From assembly GCA_031459875.1 (NCBI GenBank), contig JAVKHQ010000005.1, forward strand, positions 53,181-117,180: 64,000 bases of DNA, in the 5' to 3' direction. The translations under genes and the position numbers were made by a program. The notes under the pieces were generated by a model, which saw nothing but the letters and a program-made list of their open reading frames with translations, was not told the origin of the DNA and did no database searches. Positions 28,736-36,697 of this stretch are shown one piece after another (position 1 is the stretch's first letter; every line of letters begins with the position of its first letter). The stretch comes from Candidatus Fervidifonticultor sextus (GTDB lineage Bacteria > Sysuimicrobiota > Sysuimicrobiia > Sysuimicrobiales > Humicultoraceae).

Positions 28736-29119
28736 TCAGGGGACCACCCGGAGCGTCGCCTGCATCCCGGCTTCCCGGTGCCCGGGGATGCTGCAGTACA
28801 CCACGTAGGCTCCCGGCGCCAACCGGGCTTTCACCTGCACGGTCTTGCCGGCAGGGAAGGGTTTGGCCTCCGCGACAATCTTCTTCGCCGCATTCTCGAC
28901 GACAAAGTCGTGCTCGACGGCTCCGGCGTTCCGCACAGTGAATGTGACCTCGCCGGCCTTCGCCAGCAGGTCCCTGGGTTCGTAGACGAACTCCCGGGCG
29001 ACCACGGTCACCGACAGGGAGGGCGAGGCGGGCGGCGGTGCCGGAGCCGCCGATGGCGTGTGTGCCGCGGTCATCCCCAGGATCGTCAGCGCCATGCCAA
29101 CCCGGCGTACGATACGCAT
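28736..29119 (-). CDS. Secreted type-1 copper cupredoxin (plastocyanin/auracyanin-like)
   Basis: Signal peptide, EHDF, YCSIPGHREAGM. Confidence 0.88.
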   Translation of the reverse strand: MRIVRRVGMALTILGMTAAHTPSAAPAPPPASPSLSVTVVAREFVYEPRDLLAKAGEVTFTVRNAGAVEHDFVVENAAKKIVAEAKPFPAGKTVQVKARLAPGAYVVYCSIPGHREAGMQATLRVVP

Positions 29120-29148
29120 GCTGAACCCCTCCGATCTGGACCGCGCCG

Positions 29149-30669
29149 TCAGTGCGCCGGCCGCGGCTTGATGACGAGGACCCCGTTGCCACCCCAGGCG
29201 TCCGGCCCCAGGTGGACGTCCCCCGCCTTCCGCGGGGGAGAGACGGATAGGTCGACCACCGTGAGTACCGGCGCGTACTTGTTGGTCACGTAGGCCAAAA
29301 ACCCGCCGCCCTGCTTGAAGCCGTAGGCCACGCCGTGGGCGCCCTTGTACGCCGGCACTTCGCTGACGACCCGAATCTTCGATGGATCGTCGTAGTCGAC
29401 CGCGATCACGCTGGCGTTGGCGGTCCCGGTGTTGGCCACGACGACGTAGCGGCCGTCCGGGCTGAACGGCGACTGAATGGGCACGGCGCCGACCCGCACG
29501 ATCTTGACCACCTTGGGGTTCTTCGGATCGCGCAGGTCCTGGAAGATCAGGCGGCCCTGGAGGAGCTTGTCGTGGGTCAACAACACGGTGGTGGTGACCG
29601 CGTAGCGCTTGTTGGGCGAGATCGCCGCGTACAGAGGCAGGTTGGCGCCGAATGCCTTCCCGTCGAGATCGGTCACCTTCGACAGGTCCACCGTGGTCAG
29701 CACCTTCTCCGCGTCCAGGTCGATGATCGACATCTGCCCCGAGAGCGCGTTCGCGACGACCATGAGCTTGCCGTCGGGCGAGATCCAGCCGCCGTGCGGT
29801 CCGAGGGGCACCTCGATGTAGCGCACCGGGACCTGGGCCGCCGGTACGGCGGGATCCACCGCCTTGACGAGATCGAGCACGGCAATCCGGTTCGCCGCGT
29901 TGATGGTCACCACGACCTTGCCCTGGGGCGTGGTGTGGGTGTGCGCGGGGGACTCGCCGACCGGGATGCGGTTCTTGACGATGCGCCGGGTCCGGGCGTC
30001 GATGATGGTCAGGTAGTTCTGATGCCAGTTGGTCTGGACGACGTAGCGCTCGTCCCAGGAGACCATGGCGTTGTGCGGGTTGTTGAAGTCGCCGTCGATG
30101 ACCGCCTTCACCTTCATCGTGGCGGCATCCACCACCGTGACGGTGCCCGGCGCCTCGCGGTTGGGTCGGGTCTGGAACTGCGTGTCCACCCACACCTCGC
30201 CTCGGCCTCGCACGCGCGGTGGCACCAGGCCGGTGGGGCTGGCCGGCGGCCACGGCTTGATGAACTGCGGCAGGGGGTTCGCGCCGACCGCGATCTGCCC
30301 GTCCATGTAGGGATGGATGGCGCAGACGTAGACGTAGACCCCCGGCTTGGTGAACTGCTGGCGCGCCGTGCCCTTGCGGCCCACGATGGTGATGGTCTTC
30401 GCCGGTTCGTCGAAGCCGGTGAGGAAGGTGATGGTGTGGAGCGTCCGGGCATCAGAGAACGACCAGACGACCTCGTCGCCCGGCTCCACGCGCAGCGTCT
30501 GTGGGAAGAACCACGGCGCGAACTCGCTGACGACGACGGCGTTCTTTGGCAGGGCGGGCGGTGGCGCGCCGCCCGGGGCCTCGGGCGCGGAGCGCGCGAT
30601 CCCGGCCGGCCCGGCGATCACCGCGGCCGCGATGGCGAACACCAGCAGGCTCCTGCTCAGCGTCGGCAT
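29149..30669 (-). CDS. Secreted cupredoxin plus YVTN/cd1-like beta-propeller protein
   Basis: Signal peptide; HTITF and CAIHPYM type-1 Cu ligands; propeller repeats PHN..S.D, PAH..TP.GK, PHG..SPDGK, YVTN. Confidence 0.8.
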   Translation of the reverse strand: MPTLSRSLLVFAIAAAVIAGPAGIARSAPEAPGGAPPPALPKNAVVVSEFAPWFFPQTLRVEPGDEVVWSFSDARTLHTITFLTGFDEPAKTITIVGRKGTARQQFTKPGVYVYVCAIHPYMDGQIAVGANPLPQFIKPWPPASPTGLVPPRVRGRGEVWVDTQFQTRPNREAPGTVTVVDAATMKVKAVIDGDFNNPHNAMVSWDERYVVQTNWHQNYLTIIDARTRRIVKNRIPVGESPAHTHTTPQGKVVVTINAANRIAVLDLVKAVDPAVPAAQVPVRYIEVPLGPHGGWISPDGKLMVVANALSGQMSIIDLDAEKVLTTVDLSKVTDLDGKAFGANLPLYAAISPNKRYAVTTTVLLTHDKLLQGRLIFQDLRDPKNPKVVKIVRVGAVPIQSPFSPDGRYVVVANTGTANASVIAVDYDDPSKIRVVSEVPAYKGAHGVAYGFKQGGGFLAYVTNKYAPVLTVVDLSVSPPRKAGDVHLGPDAWGGNGVLVIKPRPAH

Positions 30670-30735
30670 GACGACACCCCCGTTCGTCAGGTGATCGTGC
30701 GGTCTGACAGCGTGCACTCGGACCTCTTGCATGGC

Positions 30736-31407
30736 TCATCTCGCCGCCTGGACGAACGTCCTCCATGTGCGCGCCGCGCCTGCGGCGGAGGCCGGCGCGT
30801 GGTCGGGACAGTCGATCCGCAGGGCGCGGTCGCCGAAGGCGGCGTCCACGAACGCACAGTGATGCGGGCGGGCGGGATCGGCGTGCACGTGCGGCCGAAA
30901 GTACCGGCAGGTGACGCACATCCGGCTCGGGGCGATCTGCCCAGACTCCTGGAGGGCGCGGATCACCTTCACCAGGGCGCGCAGCAGGGCGGCCTGCTCG
31001 GTTACCCCGAGCGTGTCGACCGCAGCGTGCACGGCTTCGCCCCAGCTCAACGCCCGACCCGCTTCGCGACGACCCGCGGGTGTGAGGACAATGAGCCGGC
31101 CACGGCCGTCGCCACCGACGGCGTGCTTGGCGACAAGCCCTTTCCGCGCCAGGGTGGTGACCGCCTGGCTCGCGCTCGCCCTGGTGACGCCCAGCGCGGC
31201 CGCGACGGCGGAGAGGCGCTGGCCACCGGGATGGCGGCGCAACATGGTGAGGATCAGCCCCTGCGTCGGCGTGAGGCCGCGTGGCCCGGCGCCACGCCAC
31301 GACGCCTGCCGCAGCGCCAGAGCGATCCTGCTCAGGCCGGCGGTGACGCGTTGCCGCAGGGGCTCGCCGTCGACCTCAACCCGGGTGAACGCCGACCTGG
31401 AGACCAT
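30736..31407 (-). CDS. MarR-family regulator with C-terminal Cys/His-rich domain
   Basis: GLTPTQ..L, HTH, L.RKGLV, DGR....LTPAG; CVTC..HHC..DCPDH. Confidence 0.87.
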   Translation of the reverse strand: MVSRSAFTRVEVDGEPLRQRVTAGLSRIALALRQASWRGAGPRGLTPTQGLILTMLRRHPGGQRLSAVAAALGVTRASASQAVTTLARKGLVAKHAVGGDGRGRLIVLTPAGRREAGRALSWGEAVHAAVDTLGVTEQAALLRALVKVIRALQESGQIAPSRMCVTCRYFRPHVHADPARPHHCAFVDAAFGDRALRIDCPDHAPASAAGAARTWRTFVQAAR

Positions 31408-31411
31408 GTTG

Positions 31412-31426
31412 GTTAAGTCTCCTAAC
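31412..31426. promoter_or_regulatory. Imperfect palindrome over the MarR RBS (candidate autoregulatory operator)
   Basis: gttaag-tct-cctaac, AT-rich in a GC-rich context. Confidence 0.5.
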
Positions 31427-31657
31427 GACTCGTTGCCTCCCGGGTTCGACACAGAGGTCGAGGTTCCTGCACGCCTCCGACGGACCGCGGAGGCACGCCA
31501 ACCTTCGGGCCAGTGGACGCCCGCCAAGAGGGGGCCGCCACGGGCGCCGGCACCGGGGAGCATGATGTCGCTCTCCGGGACAGGGCCGTGGGTGATCCCG
31601 CGGGCGCGATTCCTCGGTTGGTCGGCGGGTGCGGGCCCGGCGCCGTCCGGCCGAAGG

Positions 31658-32167
31658 TCAGGGCGCCGCCATTCGCACCGGCACCCGGACCGCCACCGCC
31701 CCGGCCTGCTCGAAGTGCAGCGTCGCTGTGAACCGATCCCCCTCCCGAAGGTCGCGCTTGAGGCCAAGCAGCATGATGTGGAGGCCGCTTGGCCGCAGCG
31801 TCACCCGGCCGCCCGCGGGCACCACAATAGCCGGCAGCTTGTGCATGCGACTCATGCCGCCCTCCATGCGCGTCTCGTGGAGCTCCACGGCGGCGGCAAC
31901 GTCGGTCTCGGCACGCACCAGACGATCACCCCTCGGTCCGGTGTTGTGGATGGTCATGTAGATCGCCGACGTGCCGGGGCCCATGGCCATGGTGGTCCCG
32001 TGGGCACCGGCGGGAGCCGCGATGCCTGGCCGCGCCTAGGCGTCCTCGATGCGGATAGGCGAGGCCGGCGGCGCCGCTTCGCTGGCAGCGATGGCGGCCA
32101 TGAACACCACTGCGGTGAAGAGGGCCGTGCCTCGCAGCCACGAGATTCTCAAGCACATCAAGTCCAT
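31658..32167 (-). pseudogene. PCu(A)C copy 2 with in-frame TAG at 32036-32038
   Basis: IRIEDA*ARPG versus IRIEKAWARPG in copy 1; SD and signal peptide intact upstream. Confidence 0.8.
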
Positions 32168-32216
32168 ACTCATCACTCCTTTCCAGCCCGCACCAATGCC
32201 AAGTCGGGCGTCGAGC

Positions 32217-32792
32217 CTAGTGCCGCAACAGCTGCCGGATGTCGTGTACCAGGTCGTCCGCGGTGGCCTCGTGGCTCAGATTCAGACGCCAGCGGCCCTG
32301 CCGGTCGATGACGGCGATGTTCGCCGAGTGCGCCACGAGGTACCCCGCCGCGCTCTTGGGCACCGGGACCTTCTCGAACGCCGCGCCGAAGAATCGGTAC
32401 GTGGTGGTCAGTGCGTCCGGGGGGCCCGCCAGGCCCACGAACTCCGGATGGAACAGCCGCAGGTACCGGTCGAGGAACGCCGGCGTGTCGATTTCCTGGT
32501 CCACCGTGACGAATACGAAGCGAACCCGTGCGGCATCCGCCCCGAGCCTCTCGGCGACCTGGCGGAAGACCCCGAGTACGAGGGGGCAGACATCCGGGCA
32601 CCGGGTGTACCCGAAGAAGATCAGGACGACCCGACCCCGCTGCCCGGCCAGGTTGAACGGGTGCCCATGTTGGTCGGTGAGCGTGAGCGCCGGCACCGGA
32701 CGGGGAGGATCGAGCACGCGGCCCCGGAAGGTCGGGCGCTGGCAGGCTGAGACCAGCAGCACCAACAGGCCGACGGCGATCCATCTGGACAT
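32217..32792 (-). CDS. SCO1/SenC family lipoprotein, copy 2
   Basis: Lipobox VSAC, FGYTRCPDVCP, VAHS; close paralog of 5149-5733. Confidence 0.93.
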   Translation of the reverse strand: MSRWIAVGLLVLLVSACQRPTFRGRVLDPPRPVPALTLTDQHGHPFNLAGQRGRVVLIFFGYTRCPDVCPLVLGVFRQVAERLGADAARVRFVFVTVDQEIDTPAFLDRYLRLFHPEFVGLAGPPDALTTTYRFFGAAFEKVPVPKSAAGYLVAHSANIAVIDRQGRWRLNLSHEATADDLVHDIRQLLRH

Positions 32793-32882
32793 GGGTGACC
32801 TCCCTCGAAAAGCGTTCAGCGCGGCACACGTCACGGCGTCCCCGCCGATGGGGCGGAGCGCGGGCCGCAGTGACCTCGGTGA

Positions 32883-33401
32883 CTAGGCGAGAGGGTCTGG
32901 TCGGGGCGGGGGATCCGGGACGGGAATGGCGACCCGGGCGACGCGCGGCGGGGCCAGACCTGCGATCTGTCCGGTGGCCCGGGGGGCGGGGGGCCCCGCA
33001 GGCGCCGCCACCGTTGCGACCGACAGGCCGGTCGTGCTCAGGACCATCGCGCCCGAGGCAGTCCCGGGAAGGACCGACACGACGCGCGGGACTTGGGGGT
33101 CGCCCTGGGCCATTCGTTGGGTCTGCCCCCCGCCCGTCCAGTGTCGTCCCGGATGTCCGGCGGAGCCGTGCGGTCTGTCGTGGTCGTGGTGACGGTGGTG
33201 GGCGAGTGCTTCAGCGCGCTGCGCGGGGGTGCCGCCGATGACGAGATGCAGGTGGTAGGGATCGCGCTCCACCGCCTGCGTGTTGGCGATGGGCAGGATC
33301 AGCCGCGCGATGGTCACCAGCAACAGGCCCGTGCCCGCAGCCTGGCGTGGCGACGAGCGATCCCAGCGGGCGACCAATGTCGCGCGAGGCACGAGCATCA
33401 T
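32883..33401 (-). CDS. His-rich putative leader protein ending VPDPPPR, copy 2
   Basis: ERDPYHLHLVIGGTP..ALAHHRHHDH, VPDPPPRPDPLA; TATAAT at 33415-33420 on the minus strand. Confidence 0.8.
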   Translation of the reverse strand: MMLVPRATLVARWDRSSPRQAAGTGLLLVTIARLILPIANTQAVERDPYHLHLVIGGTPAQRAEALAHHRHHDHDRPHGSAGHPGRHWTGGGQTQRMAQGDPQVPRVVSVLPGTASGAMVLSTTGLSVATVAAPAGPPAPRATGQIAGLAPPRVARVAIPVPDPPPRPDPLA

Positions 33402-33530
33402 GCTGTACCCGCTCATTATAGTCGGTCGCCGCACCAGCGTGCAACGCACAGAGGGGAGGAGAGGGGCGGACGCACCCGGGGAAGTCACGTCCCGTCGCCG
33501 GGAGAGATCGCGGCAGGTCGCGTGAACTCG

Positions 33531-34445
33531 TTAGCGCGTCTTCAGGTAGCGGAGAAGCCCCAGCGCGCTCAGCCGCGTGGACATGATCGTCTCGAACCGG
33601 GCCACGCGGTCTGGCCCGTCGAGCCGGGCGGCTTCGACCGCCATCACGTGGCGCATCCGGCGCGCGATCGCGTCTTCATCAGCGCCGTCCTCCAGGGCCA
33701 CGCGGACCAGTTCCACCGCCGCGTGCAGGCGCTGCTGCAACTGCGCCAGCAGCTCCTCGACCCAGGTGTGCGCGCCGAAGTGCGTCAGCAGGAGCCGCCG
33801 CGCTCCAAGCCCCTGCAGGCGCCCGATGGTGGCATCCCACGCCGGGACGTCGAGTTCGGGGGGTGGGGTCGGGGGGCGGACGTAGCGGGATCCCGGCAGC
33901 GCCACGCCGGCCGCGTCCCCGGTGAAGAGGTCCCCGGAGGCGCGATCGAAGTAGACGACGTGATGACGGGCGTGGCCGGGGGTATCGAAGACGGCCAGCC
34001 GACGCGACCCCAGCAACACCTCCGCCCCCTCGCCGATGACGCGGATCCGCTCGTGGGGCACCGGGGCCACCTCGCCGAAGAGCCGCTCCAGGTCCGCGCC
34101 GTACAGCCGCCGGGCGCTGGCCATCAGCCGCGAGGGATCCGCCAGGTGGGGCGCGCCCACCGGGTGCACGTAGACCTCCAGATGCGGGAACCGACGCACG
34201 AGGACGCCGGTGGCGCCCGCATGGTCCAGGTGAATGTGGGTCACGGCCAGGGCCTGGAGGTCTTCGGGCTCCACCCCCGCGGCCCGCACGCTCTCCAGGA
34301 GGGTCTCCACGGTAGACGCCGGCCCGGTCTCGATCAGGGCCGGCCGGTCGCCCGTCAGCAGGTAGGCGCCGATGGCCTGCGGGGTCCCTTCGTAGTCGGT
34401 GTCAATCAGAACGAGATCGTCGGCCAGGCGTTCGATGCGCGGCAT
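33531..34445 (-). CDS. MBL-fold metallo-hydrolase
   Basis: THIHLDHAG, TPGHARHH, FTGDAAG, LTHFG. Confidence 0.92.
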   Translation of the reverse strand: MPRIERLADDLVLIDTDYEGTPQAIGAYLLTGDRPALIETGPASTVETLLESVRAAGVEPEDLQALAVTHIHLDHAGATGVLVRRFPHLEVYVHPVGAPHLADPSRLMASARRLYGADLERLFGEVAPVPHERIRVIGEGAEVLLGSRRLAVFDTPGHARHHVVYFDRASGDLFTGDAAGVALPGSRYVRPPTPPPELDVPAWDATIGRLQGLGARRLLLTHFGAHTWVEELLAQLQQRLHAAVELVRVALEDGADEDAIARRMRHVMAVEAARLDGPDRVARFETIMSTRLSALGLLRYLKTR

Positions 34446-34546
34446 GGGTCGTCCCCCGGTGAGCGTCCGGCATCACAATAACACAGCCGGATGTGGTATG
34501 CTCACCTGCGAGATTGCCACGCGAGCCTCAGGTGAGGGGTTGCGGC

Positions 34547-35197
34547 ATGTCACCAGGCGGCAAGGCTACCCGGGAGGCGAAGCGACAGCGCCGTGAGGCG
34601 GCGCTCGCGGCCCGGCGCGAAGAGCAGCGTCGGCTCCAGGCCCGGCGGCGACGGCGGGCGCTGGCCGTCTACGGGGGCATCGCCTTGATCGTGGTGGCCG
34701 GCGTGGGGTTGCTGACGCTCTCGGCGCTCCGCCCTCAGTCCAGCATCTTGGGTGCCATCGGCGGCTTCGGGAAGCCGTCTGGCCTGGAGGGGGTCCAGGT
34801 GTTTGCGGACCAGGGCGCGGCCCACATCACCCTGGGCCAGGCGCACCCTCCGTACAACTCCAATCCGCCCACCTCGGGATGGCACACTCCCTTCACCGCC
34901 CCCTGGGGAGTGCACCGCACGTCGATCGCGGACGAGATCATCGTCCACAACCTGGAGCACGGCGGCATCTGGATTTCATACAGGGACGCATCCGACACGG
35001 CGCTGGTGGAGAGGCTGGAAGCCCTGGTGTCCCGCTACCGCTCCAAGGTGATCCTGACGCCGCGGTCCAATAACGACAGCCGGATCGCCGTGGCCGCCTG
35101 GACGCGCCTGCTGAAACTCGACGAGTACGACGAGCGGAAGATCGTGGCCTTCATCAACGCCTTCAAGAACAAGGGACCGGAGATGGTCCCTGACTGA
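34547..35197 (+). CDS. DUF3105 membrane-anchored protein
   Basis: Basic N-terminus plus TM, YNSNPPTSGWH, VHNLEHG, AAW. Confidence 0.87.
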   Translation: MSPGGKATREAKRQRREAALAARREEQRRLQARRRRRALAVYGGIALIVVAGVGLLTLSALRPQSSILGAIGGFGKPSGLEGVQVFADQGAAHITLGQAHPPYNSNPPTSGWHTPFTAPWGVHRTSIADEIIVHNLEHGGIWISYRDASDTALVERLEALVSRYRSKVILTPRSNNDSRIAVAAWTRLLKLDEYDERKIVAFINAFKNKGPEMVPD

Positions 35198-35200
35198 GCG

Positions 35201-35680
35201 GTGGAGGACCGGCGGCTGATGGAGGCTGCACGTTGCGCCAGGGCGGCGGCCGTGGTCACGCGCCCGGTCCGAACGTCTCTGCTCCCCGTGTTCCTGGTCA
35301 TCGTCCTTCTTGGTGCTTTCGATCCGGGTGCGGGGGAGCGGGGTCCTTCGCACGCACACATCGTAATCGGTGGCACCCCGGACGAGCAGGCGCGAGCCCT
35401 CGCTGCCCATTTGCGGGGCGCGCACTCGTCGGCCACCTCCCACGCCTGGCATGTGCTCTTCCGGGCCTCCGACGAGGCGACAGACCACCCCCACGTGATC
35501 TCCATCAGCACGGGTGCGGTCGGTGCCTCCGTCCTCGGAGTCGGCGACGGGACCATGGTGGCCGCGCCCGCCAGCCGGGTGCCCCGCGCACCGCTGTCCG
35601 GCCGGGTTGTGCCCCTGCAGTCCGCGGCGCCGGCCGAAGCCGATCGGACCGTCCCTGATCCGCCTCCTCGCCTCACCTGA
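35201..35680 (+). CDS. His-rich putative leader protein ending VPDPPPR, copy 3
   Basis: TM segment, ERGPSHAHIVIGGTP..ALAAH, VPDPPPRLT; start may be 35219. Confidence 0.75.
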   Translation: MEDRRLMEAARCARAAAVVTRPVRTSLLPVFLVIVLLGAFDPGAGERGPSHAHIVIGGTPDEQARALAAHLRGAHSSATSHAWHVLFRASDEATDHPHVISISTGAVGASVLGVGDGTMVAAPASRVPRAPLSGRVVPLQSAAPAEADRTVPDPPPRLT

Positions 35681-35781
35681 ACCGTCCGGCTACACACATG
35701 GCACGCTGGCGGACGGGCATCGCCCCCGGAGGTCGTGGTCCCGCCTGCGGGTCGATGCCCAGATCATGGGAGGTGGGCACT

Positions 35782-36216
35782 GTGAGAAGGCAGCTCCTTG
35801 TGCTGGCCCTGTGCGTCCCCCTGACCCTGGGCGTCATCGCGCCAGCCGTTCTCGGTCACCAGACGAAGGTGGTGGGCGGCAAGTACCGGGTAATCGTGGG
35901 GTTTGTCCGGGAGCCCGCCTTCACCGATGAGCGCAACGGCCTGGACCTGATCGTGCGCCGGGTTGAAGACAATGCCCCCGTGGAGCACCTCGAACGCAGC
36001 CTCTCGGCCGAACTGATCGCCCCAGGAGGCCAGGGCAGGCGGGCGCTGCGGCTTCGGCCGCAGTTCGGCCGGCCCGGCTACTACACCGACGACTTCATCC
36101 TGACCCGTCCGGGTGTCTACCAGATCCGCGTGTGGGGCGTCATCGCTGACGTGCGCTTCGACGAGACGTTTGAGTCCCATGAGGTCAGGCCGCTCAGTGA
36201 GTTGCGGTTTCCGTAG
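35782..36216 (+). CDS. Secreted protein with predicted mature N-terminal His (copper-operon associated)
   Basis: ggaggt SD plus GTG, signal peptide then HQTKVVG; adjacent to copC. Confidence 0.75.
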   Translation: MRRQLLVLALCVPLTLGVIAPAVLGHQTKVVGGKYRVIVGFVREPAFTDERNGLDLIVRRVEDNAPVEHLERSLSAELIAPGGQGRRALRLRPQFGRPGYYTDDFILTRPGVYQIRVWGVIADVRFDETFESHEVRPLSELRFP

Positions 36217-36217
36217 C

Positions 36218-36676
36218 ATGCGGGGATCGTTTCCCGAGACTGTCCTGGTCGGCGCCGCCCTGGCCCTCCTGGGGGCCGGGGCGGCTGCCGCCCACGCCTA
36301 CCTCAGGGCCGCGGAGCCGGCCGAGGACAGCACGGTGGCGGTCGCCCCCAGCGAGGTTCGGCTTGTGTTCAGCGAACCCATCGAGGTCCGGTTCAGTACC
36401 TTCAAGGTCTATCGGGTGCCCGCTGATCCGGGGTGGGATCGGCGTCGCCTCAACGCGGCTGCAGGCGCCCTGGTCTCGGAGGTCCTTCGGCGTCGCGGTG
36501 ACGAAGCCGACCGGGCGGATGCCGGCCTGGCGACGGCCGCACGTACGACCACCACCGTGACGCTACGCCTGCGTCCCCATCTGGCTCCCGGCGCCTACGC
36601 GGTGATGTGGCGGGTGCTGTCGATCGACACGCATGTCACCCAGGGCTTCTACGTGTTTCGGATCAGACCGAACTGA
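36218..36676 (+). CDS. copC: CopC copper-binding protein
   Basis: AAA-HAYL..AEP, VRLVFSEP, YAVMWRVLSIDTH. Confidence 0.9.
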   Translation: MRGSFPETVLVGAALALLGAGAAAAHAYLRAAEPAEDSTVAVAPSEVRLVFSEPIEVRFSTFKVYRVPADPGWDRRRLNAAAGALVSEVLRRRGDEADRADAGLATAARTTTTVTLRLRPHLAPGAYAVMWRVLSIDTHVTQGFYVFRIRPN

Positions 36677-36697
36677 AGGGACGCGTCACCCGATCTC

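Noticed and set aside
29149..30669. Nitrous-oxide reductase NosZ or cd1 nitrite reductase
   Set aside because: No CuA motif, no CxxCH, wrong domain order and no nos/nir accessory genes
32036..32038. Pyrrolysine recoding of the TAG
   Set aside because: It replaces a Trp by a single base change, TAG is a common true stop in this window, and no pyl genes are visible
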